Below are positions 52,661 to 60,346 of a DNA stretch of 64,000 nucleotides, piece after piece. Each line of letters begins with the position of its first letter. Positions within the stretch are counted from its first letter, which is position 1. Below the pieces are notes generated by a model. That model searched no databases. It was not told the origin of the DNA and worked only from the letters and a program-made list of their open reading frames with translations. Origin of the DNA: Clostridiaceae bacterium (GTDB taxonomy: Bacteria > Bacillota > Clostridia > Saccharofermentanales > DTU023); NCBI GenBank assembly GCA_012519085.1, contig JAAYQX010000023.1:10534-74533 (forward strand). Direction: 5' to 3'. The translations under genes and the position numbers were made by a program.

Positions 52661-52939
52661 ATGCCAAGAAGAGATGGAACCGGCCCTATGGGCGCTGGAG
52701 AAATGACCGGCAGAGGATTTGGACCTTGTGCCGGTGGAACTGAAATGGAATATGGTGGTGGCCGAGGTAGAGGCAGAGGCAGAGGATTATGTCTTGGTCT
52801 TAACCGCAGGCGAGGTTTCGGCAGAGGTTTGGGATTTGGCCGCGGCTACTCAAGAGATCAAAAAGAACAACTTCAAGAACAAAAAAGTTTTTTGCGTGAG
52901 CGACTGGAAGAGATCGACAGGCAATTAGAAAATCTATAA
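52661..52939 (+). CDS. DUF5320-family Gly/Arg-rich protein with C-terminal coiled coil
   Basis: MPRRDGTGPMGAGEMTGRGFGPCAGG N-terminus typical of DUF5320. RGRGRG tract. C-terminal KEQLQEQKSFLRERLEEIDRQLENL. AAGGAGG RBS 6-8 nt upstream of ATG 52661. Confidence 0.75.
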   Translation: MPRRDGTGPMGAGEMTGRGFGPCAGGTEMEYGGGRGRGRGRGLCLGLNRRRGFGRGLGFGRGYSRDQKEQLQEQKSFLRERLEEIDRQLENL

Positions 52940-52999
52940 TATATCAGGAATAGCGGAGGACGCTCCGACTATTCCGATAAAATTAAGGAATGATAGATT

Positions 53000-53353
53000 A
53001 TGGCGAGACCTATGAAGTGGAGAAAAGTCTGTTCCCTGCCTGATAGCAATCGTTTCGGGCCACTTGATTCAACTGTTGATGCCCAAAATCTTATTCAGAT
53101 GACGGTTGATGAATATGAAGCAATCAGACTGATCGATTTAGAGGGTTTTACTCAAGAAGAATGTGCTAAACAAATGAATATTGCGCGCAGCACCGTCCAG
53201 GGCATTTATGTCAGTGCCAGAAAGAAGCTGGCTGATTCTCTGGTAAACGGGAAATTACTATTGATCGGAGGCGGTGAATATCGGCTTTGTGACGGTTCGG
53301 GAAATAGTTGCGGTCGCGGCTGTCGCAGACATAGACACAGACGCGGCAGATAA
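53000..53353 (+). CDS. DUF134/UPF0251-family putative DNA-binding protein with Cys-rich C-terminal tail
   Basis: [15 protein letters not shown]-terminus, a sigma-70 region-4-like HTH ([24 protein letters not shown]), and a C-terminal [21 protein letters not shown]. Confidence 0.8.
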   Translation: MARPMKWRKVCSLPDSNRFGPLDSTVDAQNLIQMTVDEYEAIRLIDLEGFTQEECAKQMNIARSTVQGIYVSARKKLADSLVNGKLLLIGGGEYRLCDGSGNSCGRGCRRHRHRRGR

Positions 53354-53496
53354 TCTGATTGCTCAAATCAATACTATACCCTTGGATAAAATACATATAT
53401 GGCAGATAATTGTCTTCATGGCATATTATAAGGGCAGTAGATTTTGCTTGCTCACCCCGATTTGGCAGCACTGTCTACGTATACTATGCATAAGGA

Positions 53497-54225
53497 GTGA
53501 AAATGAAAGCTGATCCGGGCAATGAAATCGTACGCCGAGTCTATGCTGCTAAAACAGATAATGCGGAAGCAGATGACTTGATCGTGGATTATATGGGTTT
53601 CATCAAGGCAGAAACAGCCCGTCATTTGGGACGCTTCTGTACGGATCAAGATGATGAACTCAGTATTGCCATGCTTGCTTTTTACGATGCTATTCAGAAA
53701 TATGATCACAATAGTGGCGCTTTTATCAGCTTTGCCGGCCTAATTATCAGAAACAGACTGATCGATTATAGTCGGCGGGAAAACAGGCATCGCAAAGTAA
53801 TCTCGCTGGATCAGCCGTTAGAACAAGATGCAGAAGGTGTGCCGACAACCATGGCAGATAGGCTCCCGGAACCGAAATCAGCGGATAGTGAGCTCCAGCA
53901 ACAAGCGGCAGCTTCTGAGATCTCCGAACTAAAAACACAGCTTAAAGATTATGGTATATCGCTTGCGGATGTTGTAGACCAATCTCCCCGGCAAAAGCGC
54001 AGTCTCAAGATTTGTCAAGAGGCGGTCCGCTATGCCAGGGAACATCCGCAACTGATCCAAACCTTATTGAAAACCCGCAAACTGCCTCTGAGCGAGCTGT
54101 CCAGCGGTGCCAATGTAGCACGAAAAACGCTGGAACGCCATCGTAAGTATCTGATTGCCCTGCTACTGGTCTACAGCAATGGCTACGATAATATCAGAGA
54201 CCATCTGAAGGCTATGACCCTGTGA
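53497..54225 (+). CDS. sigI: SigI-family alternative sigma factor
   Basis: Region 2 similarity to SigI (DDELSIAMLAFYDAIQKYDHNSGAFISFAGLIIRNRLIDYSRRE) and a C-terminal SigI-specific domain instead of a canonical region 4. Followed by an RsgI-type gene. Confidence 0.82.
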   Translation: MKMKADPGNEIVRRVYAAKTDNAEADDLIVDYMGFIKAETARHLGRFCTDQDDELSIAMLAFYDAIQKYDHNSGAFISFAGLIIRNRLIDYSRRENRHRKVISLDQPLEQDAEGVPTTMADRLPEPKSADSELQQQAAASEISELKTQLKDYGISLADVVDQSPRQKRSLKICQEAVRYAREHPQLIQTLLKTRKLPLSELSSGANVARKTLERHRKYLIALLLVYSNGYDNIRDHLKAMTL

Positions 54226-54241
54226 TAAATACGAGGCCAAT

Positions 54242-55288
54242 ATGAAATATTTAATCTTAGAGTGTACTGAAAATGACGCTATTGCCCTCGATGATGAGGG
54301 GCGCTTCCTGCGTGTCATCAATAATGATTATCAGGTAGGTCAAAAAGTTGAGCGGGTCACGTTATCACTAACCAATAGTCGCAGACCGTCGAGGATAGTT
54401 TACTTTGCACGCTCACTGTCTGCTGTGGCTGCTTCACTGATACTGGCCTTCTTCATTTATTATCTGGTTGCTTTGCGCCCGGTCTCAACAATTAATCTGG
54501 CAATCAATCCTGAAGTCACGATCAAATTAAATTCTCGGCACAAAGTCATCTCCCTCCAGGCCGAAAATCAAGATGCGGAAAATATAATTGCGGATTATTC
54601 CTATCGCGGCAAGACCGGGCATCAGGTGGTTTTGGATCTGGTCAGCGAATCGATCAGACAGGATTTCCTATCTGATGGCGGGAGAGTTTTAATCACAGGC
54701 GACCTGTCCGGCAAAATCGTGGCAGAAGAATGGGCACATCAATTACAAAGTGATATCGACCGCCTTCTCTACCGCAATAATATCCATATTGCACTCAAAA
54801 TCGGTGTCTATGACCCCTCTCTGCGTTGGCTGGTCGATTATGCCTATGGGCCTTTCGAGACCGAACCTGAACCTGAAGAACCTACTAACCCTGAATCCGA
54901 TTACAACAGCTTCTATGACGATGACGACGATGATACAGATAAGACCGGACATCAGGCAGACCCCGATCCTGACAGCACCTCCACCAAGCCGACCCCAACA
55001 CCTGATCGGACCAAGCCGACACCCGGGCAAACCAAGCCGACACCCGGGCAAACCAAACCAACACCTAAGCAGACCATACCGGCCACATCACCTGTGACGA
55101 CAAAACCTGCTCCGAAAGCGACGCCAACCACGGCTCCTACCAGCAGGCAGACTGCTGCACCAACATATGATGATGACGACAGTGACTACGACGACCTCGA
55201 TGATGACAACAACTACGACGATCCCAATGATGACGACAGCGAATACGATGATCAGCCGGATGACGACAGCGACTACGATGATGACTGA
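54242..55288 (+). CDS. rsgI: RsgI-like anti-sigma-I factor with atypical low-complexity extracytoplasmic region
   Basis: RsgI_N-type N-terminus (MKYLILECTENDAIALDDEGRFLRVINNDYQVGQKVE), one TM helix (AVAASLILAFFIYYLVAL), a globular segment of about 130 aa, then Pro/Thr repeats and poly-Asp/Tyr tracts running to the stop codon. Confidence 0.75.
   Translation: MKYLILECTENDAIALDDEGRFLRVINNDYQVGQKVERVTLSLTNSRRPSRIVYFARSLSAVAASLILAFFIYYLVALRPVSTINLAINPEVTIKLNSRHKVISLQAENQDAENIIADYSYRGKTGHQVVLDLVSESIRQDFLSDGGRVLITGDLSGKIVAEEWAHQLQSDIDRLLYRNNIHIALKIGVYDPSLRWLVDYAYGPFETEPEPEEPTNPESDYNSFYDDDDDDTDKTGHQADPDPDSTSTKPTPTPDRTKPTPGQTKPTPGQTKPTPKQTIPATSPVTTKPAPKATPTTAPTSRQTAAPTYDDDDSDYDDLDDDNNYDDPNDDDSEYDDQPDDDSDYDDD
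54982..55072 (+). repeat. In-frame 21-nt tandem repeat encoding (T)KPTPGQ units inside rsgI-like gene
   Basis: accaagccgacacccgggcaa occurs twice identically (55010-55030, 55031-55051), flanked by degenerate copies on both sides. Confidence 0.85.
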
Positions 55289-55393
55289 TTGAAGTATATA
55301 CACGAAAGAACTTAGCCACCAGCACAAAAAAAGAATATGTCAACTCAGATTTCACATTGTGTGTGCTTGTTTTAGTTGCAACTTTTAGTATTT

Positions 55394-55422
55394 CTAAAGA
55401 AATAATGTTATAATTTCTTTAG
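55394..55422 (+). promoter_or_regulatory. Inverted repeat overlapping a TATAAT box upstream of the toxin-antitoxin operon
   Basis: ctaaagaaa (55394-55402) and tttctttag (55414-55422) are perfect 9-bp inverted repeats. TATAAT at 55409-55414 lies between and overlaps the arms. Confidence 0.45.
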
Positions 55423-55438
55423 GAAGGTGGTGAGTGGG

Positions 55439-55711
55439 ATGCCGAAAATTCGTTCCAGCACAGATTTAAGAAATAACTACAATGAGATCTCCGCTTTTTG
55501 CAACGAAACAGATGAGCCTGTATTTATTACCAAGAACGGTCGAGGGGATCTCGCAGTAATGAGCATAGAACTATACGACAAGCTTATTAATAAACAGGAG
55601 CTCTATCGTTTGCTTAATGAAGCCGAAGAGGATTTCAAATCCGGTAATGAGATGAGCTTCGACGAGTCACTCCAGGAATTGCGCCAAGGTTTAGGTGATG
55701 GGACAATATGA
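55439..55711 (+). CDS. Type II antitoxin, Phd/YefM family
   Basis: MPKIRSSTDLRNNYNEISAFCNETDEPVFITKNGRGDLAVMSIELYDKL is a typical Phd/YefM N-terminal fold. It overlaps the toxin start by 4 nt. Confidence 0.85.
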   Translation: MPKIRSSTDLRNNYNEISAFCNETDEPVFITKNGRGDLAVMSIELYDKLINKQELYRLLNEAEEDFKSGNEMSFDESLQELRQGLGDGTI

Positions 55712-56025
55712 TGAAACAGTATAAGGTTTTAGTCAGTCGCAGATACCATCAAGACCTTAAGTCAATTCTCGGATATATAATCCATGACCTGAAAGCTCCT
55801 ATAGCGGCGAGCGACTTCCTGGATGTACTGGAAGAGACTGTTCAAGGTTTAAAGGAGATGCCTTATCGCTTTGAATTAGTAAAAGATGAGACCTTAAAAC
55901 AGCAAGGGTACCGAAAATGTTCCGTTAAAAACTATCTCCTGTTTTACAAAATAATTGAAAATGAAAAGGTAGTTCGCATTTATCGCCTTATCTATGGCAA
56001 AAGAAACTGGGAACGTCTGCTTTAG
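55708..56025 (+). CDS. Type II toxin, RelE/ParE family
   Basis: 105 aa. The C-terminal pattern YRKCSVKNYLLFYKIIENEKVVRIYRLIYGKRN is characteristic of the ParE/RelE superfamily. Translationally coupled to the antitoxin. Confidence 0.85.
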   Translation: MMKQYKVLVSRRYHQDLKSILGYIIHDLKAPIAASDFLDVLEETVQGLKEMPYRFELVKDETLKQQGYRKCSVKNYLLFYKIIENEKVVRIYRLIYGKRNWERLL

Positions 56026-56104
56026 AAGACAGTTATCTGACAACAGCATAATGGCAATTCCCAATTTCATCCTCAATATCTCGGCCACCTATTATACTGC
56101 ATAG

Positions 56105-56143
56105 AAAAAGTGGACGGCACGAAGTTGTCCGTCCATTCAATTT
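56105..56143. terminator. Bidirectional terminator candidate between TA operon and the DUF554 operon
   Basis: 7-bp stem tggacgg / ccgtcca (56111-56117 / 56129-56135), with aaaaag upstream and ttcaattt downstream. Confidence 0.5.
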
Positions 56144-56210
56144 GATACTAATGTCTAGATCACTACCGCCCGCTTACACTGGTACTTTAATCAAGGGCAA
56201 CATTGCCGAC

Positions 56211-56933
56211 TTAACTGGATACTACTGTTAAGAGCGTTACTACCAACAGGCCGGGCAGAAAATTTGCCACTTTGATTTTGGTCTGCCAGAGCATATTGAT
56301 GCCGATACAGCAGATCATCAGAGAGCCGACAAAGGAGAGATTGAAGATCAGGATATCACTGAGATACGGCTCGATCAGGCCTGCCAGCAGTGTAATGCTA
56401 CCCTGATATAAACCCATGGGCAAAGCGGCAAATAGCACGCCCACGCCCAGACTGGAAGCCAAAACCAGACAGATAATACCATCCAGGGCAGATTTGGCAT
56501 AGAGCATGGTAGGGTCACGAAGCAGGGCATCCTGAATGGAGCCTACTATTGCCATAGCTCCAACACAAATGATAACCGTCGTGGTGACAAAGCCTTCGAC
56601 AAATTTGTTATTGCCATCTCCGGCTTTGACTAAAGTTTTTAAACGTTCTCCGATTGAGTTCAGACGCTCTTCAAGGCGCCACCATTCTCCCAGAAAGGCG
56701 CCTATCACCAGACTGCCAATCATCAGCAGTGTATTTTGCGTCTCCAGCATAGTACCGTTGACTGTCAGCAGACCGCGCAGGCCGCCGGTAATGCCCACGA
56801 AGAGAACGGACAATCCCAGCGCCTGCAGCAAAATCTGTTGAAATCGTTCTTTGAGGCCGTGCTTGAGCAAGAGCCCTACTCCGCCACCTACGATGACAGC
56901 GGCAATATTGACAATTGTTCCCAAGCCTGCCAA
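56211..56933 (-). CDS. DUF554-family integral membrane protein
   Basis: MAGLGTIVNIAAVIVGGGVGLLLKHGLKERFQ N-terminus typical of DUF554 (YdfK-like); about 7 TM helices. It starts 14 nt after the stop of the fusion synthase. Confidence 0.8.
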   Translation of the reverse strand: MAGLGTIVNIAAVIVGGGVGLLLKHGLKERFQQILLQALGLSVLFVGITGGLRGLLTVNGTMLETQNTLLMIGSLVIGAFLGEWWRLEERLNSIGERLKTLVKAGDGNNKFVEGFVTTTVIICVGAMAIVGSIQDALLRDPTMLYAKSALDGIICLVLASSLGVGVLFAALPMGLYQGSITLLAGLIEPYLSDILIFNLSFVGSLMICCIGINMLWQTKIKVANFLPGLLVVTLLTVVSS

Positions 56934-56947
56934 ATTATAATCCTCGT

Positions 56948-59900
56948 CTACATAATAGCGGCAGACAGGCGCCGGCGCAGCGTCTCGAGAGCGTAGTCGA
57001 TCTGTTCCGGTTTATGAGCCGAAGTCAGGCAATAGCGCAGCCTAGCCTGCCCCATAGGCACAGCCGGGAAGATAGCCGGCGGCACGATTATGCCGTCGTC
57101 CAGCATTTCGATACTGAGTTTGAAAGCCAGGTCATCCGGCCCGATCATGATCGGTATAATCGCTGTATCCTTGGCCAGACAGGTATCAAAGCCATATTCG
57201 TGTGCCCGCTTCATGAAATAAGCGATATTATCCTGGAGTGCTCGTACGCGGCTGTTATCTCTCTCCATGATTTCCAGCACTTTGAGCACGGCACCGGTCA
57301 GGGCGGGACTAAGTCCGACCGAGAAAGTAAAGCCCGGCAGATTATAGCGCAGATAGTCGATCAACAGTTTATCCGCTGCCAGATAGCCGCCGCAAGCGCC
57401 AAGACCCTTGGACAAAGTCCCCATCTTGATGTCAATATCCGAGGGGGCAAGATCGAAGTATTCGTCCACACCTTTGCCGGTCTCACCCAGCACACAGGCA
57501 GAATGCGCCTCATCAACCATCAGGAAACAGCCGTATTTCTTTTTGATCCGTACAAATTCCGGCACCGGAGCGACATCTCCATCCATGCTGTAGGCACCCT
57601 CGACTATGATCAGAACTTTTTCATATTCATCGCGGTGCTGCTTGAGGAAATTCTCCAACTCCTCATAGTCATTATGAGGGAAGAACCGGCTCCTGGCCCG
57701 CGAAAGCATAAGCCCCTGAATCACCGAATTATGACTCAGCCTGTCATAGATAATCAGATCGCCGGACCCGCAGAAATTGCCCACGAAAGTAACATTGGTA
57801 GCATGTCCGCTGACCAGGACCAGAGCATCCTCCGTACCTTTCCAGCGAGCGATCGCAGCCTCAAGATCTTTATGAATATCTTTTTCGCCGGCGAGCAGCC
57901 TGCTGCCGCTGGCCGAAGTACCGTATTTCTCCACTGCCGCTATCGCAGCGGCATTGACTTCGGGATCGCCCGACATGGCCAGATAATTATATGACCCCAG
58001 ATTGATCATCTCGCGCCCGCCCATATAGGATACATCCTTAAGAGCAGATTCTTGCGAAATGAAATATGGATTTATCATATTGCTGCTGGCCAGCAACTGT
58101 TCAGAGCGTTGGACAAATTGCTTAATTTCTCTGATTTTTTCGAAGGCGTCAACTCGCTCTTCCGGCGTCTTCGTCCGCCCGTCCGTGCTGATGCCGGCTT
58201 TCCTGCCCGGCGTATAATCTGTACCGGACAGATGTTCATGGATAAGTGATGTAATATCATTGAGATTCATGCAGCTATAATACTGATCATCCACGATGGC
58301 AATATTATATTCTCGCTCCAAGAGATTGAGCAAAGTCAGGCTGGAGAGACTGTCTCCGCCCAGATCAAGCACAAAATGCCCGTTATCTGTGACTTCTTCC
58401 GGCTTAATATCCAGAGCTTCGGCAAAGAAACCGCGGATAGTTTCCTTGATTTTTTCTTTACTAATGGTATCGGTATCGGCCTTGGCACCGCTTTCCGTAT
58501 CCGGAGCAGGTTCAGCTTTGTCGGCTGCTCCCACTGCCGCCGGCGGCGGGGCAGTCGGCACCTCCGGGATCGCAGCCTGTTGGTCAGATGATATAGTCAT
58601 GCCGGCAGCCTTCGCTTCCAAATACTGGGATAGAGTGAGTACCGGCCACTGTCCGGCGTTCAATTGTTTGGACAGTAACTGACGCTTAACTTTCCTGGTG
58701 GTGGAAATCGGTAGAGGTGCGAGACTAACCAGCACATTGCTGATGGCAGAGGACGGCGGCAATTTAACTATGCGAGCTTTTACCGCCTGGTCCAGTTCAG
58801 CCGGGTCGGCATCAGAAGCCACTTCGAGCAGCAGATTGGCATATTCATAGTCGCCGTCCCGCACGCCGACGACAGATATTTGTTGTACGCCGGGCAAATC
58901 CTGGAAATTCGCTTCGACGGTGTCGGGATAGATATTTTCTCCCGAGGGCCCGATAATTACCTCTTTCAGACGACCATCAATCATGATAGCGCCATCAACC
59001 AGGCGTCCGATATCACCGGTGGGAAACCAGTTATCACCCGTATAATCTACGGCCCGGAATTGGCCGCTCTTGAGCACACCGATATGGATGCTGCGTCCGC
59101 GCAGCAGGATTTCACCTGCGGGTGAGATCATCATATTGTCAGGTTCAAAGGGATGGCCGACATTGCCATTGCAGCGCAGATCAACATCTTCCGTATTGCA
59201 GACTGAGATAATGCTGGCCTCTGTCATCCCATAGCCGGAACTGAGATAGTAGCCTAAGCCATTGATGACGCGCAGCGTCTGAGCGGGAATATAGCCACCA
59301 CCGCTACAGCCGAGATAAACATCATCACCTAATAGTTGATTGCGAATGGACTTGAGTTTCGGAGCATAATAAAAAGGCACTTTTCTGCCTGCTGCTTGGG
59401 CTTTAAGACTGGCATCGATCATCTTGTCGAAAGCAGCTACGGTTTTCTCACCTTCTATCTGGCGAATCCGGCGATAAAGTCCCTTGACCACTGCATTCCA
59501 GAACAAAGGTATGCTAATCACCTGGGTAACCCGATGCTTGCGGCAGCTCTCCAAAATTACTTCCGGGGCCAGACTGGGAATGAAAATAAAGGTATTGCCG
59601 AGCACATAGGTCAGCATAAATACCGCCATCAGGCCGAATATATGGTGGAAAGGCAGGAATGCCAGGCATTTCTCATTCACTCCCGGCCGCACCCAGCGGT
59701 CTGTCTGATCGGACAGCCTGATCAGGCAGGTAGCTAGATTTAGAATACAGCCGCTGTCATGGACAAAGATCCTCGCATCCCCGGTGGTACCACTAGTACA
59801 AAGAGCGATCCTGTCGCCCCAACTTGTTTCCGCCGGAAAGCTGTCTGCCTCAGTGATCAGATCGGCAGCGGCCAGATAGGCAAAATCCTCATCCAACTTA

Positions 59901-60280
59901 TCCGTGATCAGGGTTTCAGTGCCGGCTTGGGCCATCATTTCAATGGCATCATCCGTATTCTGCATTGAATTAAGCAAGAGCAAATCAAAGCCGGCAGCTA
60001 GGATGGCCCAAAACAAAATACAAAATTCAGGACCGTTGGGCAGCTTGAGGGCGACAAATTTTTCTTCGCTCCTAACCACTTCACGAATTTTCCCGGCGCA
60101 GCCCATAACTTTCCGTTCATATTCCTCGTAGGAAAGCTGGACTAATTGCTCCTGCTTATAATATTCAAAAATATTCTTGCCACGGCCATTACGCATCATC
60201 ATAGCGAAAAGATCGGCAAAATCTTGTGATACTTCCAAATCATGTATCAGTTTTTCAATTACATTCATAAAACACCTCAA
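56948..60280 (-). CDS. Trifunctional fusion: adenylate-forming acyl ligase - carrier protein (ACP/PCP) - alpha-oxoamine synthase (AONS/serine palmitoyltransferase-like PLP enzyme)
   Basis: The AMP-binding domain has TSGTTGDAR (aa 162-170), GYGMTE and PTGDIGR. An Ala/Pro-rich linker follows. The carrier domain has LDLGGDSLSS (Ser644, codon 58349-58351). The class-II aminotransferase AOS domain has GSYNYL, VSGHATN, MVDEAHS and GTLSKGLGACGG (PLP Lys958, codon 57407-57409). Confidence 0.85.
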   Translation of the reverse strand: MRCFMNVIEKLIHDLEVSQDFADLFAMMMRNGRGKNIFEYYKQEQLVQLSYEEYERKVMGCAGKIREVVRSEEKFVALKLPNGPEFCILFWAILAAGFDLLLLNSMQNTDDAIEMMAQAGTETLITDKLDEDFAYLAAADLITEADSFPAETSWGDRIALCTSGTTGDARIFVHDSGCILNLATCLIRLSDQTDRWVRPGVNEKCLAFLPFHHIFGLMAVFMLTYVLGNTFIFIPSLAPEVILESCRKHRVTQVISIPLFWNAVVKGLYRRIRQIEGEKTVAAFDKMIDASLKAQAAGRKVPFYYAPKLKSIRNQLLGDDVYLGCSGGGYIPAQTLRVINGLGYYLSSGYGMTEASIISVCNTEDVDLRCNGNVGHPFEPDNMMISPAGEILLRGRSIHIGVLKSGQFRAVDYTGDNWFPTGDIGRLVDGAIMIDGRLKEVIIGPSGENIYPDTVEANFQDLPGVQQISVVGVRDGDYEYANLLLEVASDADPAELDQAVKARIVKLPPSSAISNVLVSLAPLPISTTRKVKRQLLSKQLNAGQWPVLTLSQYLEAKAAGMTISSDQQAAIPEVPTAPPPAAVGAADKAEPAPDTESGAKADTDTISKEKIKETIRGFFAEALDIKPEEVTDNGHFVLDLGGDSLSSLTLLNLLEREYNIAIVDDQYYSCMNLNDITSLIHEHLSGTDYTPGRKAGISTDGRTKTPEERVDAFEKIREIKQFVQRSEQLLASSNMINPYFISQESALKDVSYMGGREMINLGSYNYLAMSGDPEVNAAAIAAVEKYGTSASGSRLLAGEKDIHKDLEAAIARWKGTEDALVLVSGHATNVTFVGNFCGSGDLIIYDRLSHNSVIQGLMLSRARSRFFPHNDYEELENFLKQHRDEYEKVLIIVEGAYSMDGDVAPVPEFVRIKKKYGCFLMVDEAHSACVLGETGKGVDEYFDLAPSDIDIKMGTLSKGLGACGGYLAADKLLIDYLRYNLPGFTFSVGLSPALTGAVLKVLEIMERDNSRVRALQDNIAYFMKRAHEYGFDTCLAKDTAIIPIMIGPDDLAFKLSIEMLDDGIIVPPAIFPAVPMGQARLRYCLTSAHKPEQIDYALETLRRRLSAAIM

Positions 60281-60346
60281 AGAAAGCCCTGCAGCTTACT
60301 GTGCACACGGCAGACTATTTCTGCCGTCAACAGCTAAGCGTCAGGA

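Noticed and set aside
54982-55072. Short tandem repeats as a possible CRISPR or minisatellite
   Set aside because: The 21-nt period has no spacers, is in frame and encodes KPTPGQT units inside the rsgI-like gene. It is not a CRISPR array.
56915-57994. 359-aa plus-strand ORF antisense to the alpha-oxoamine synthase domain
   Set aside because: It is a shadow ORF of the strongly supported minus-strand fusion gene, with no motifs, and it overlaps the DUF554 start region.
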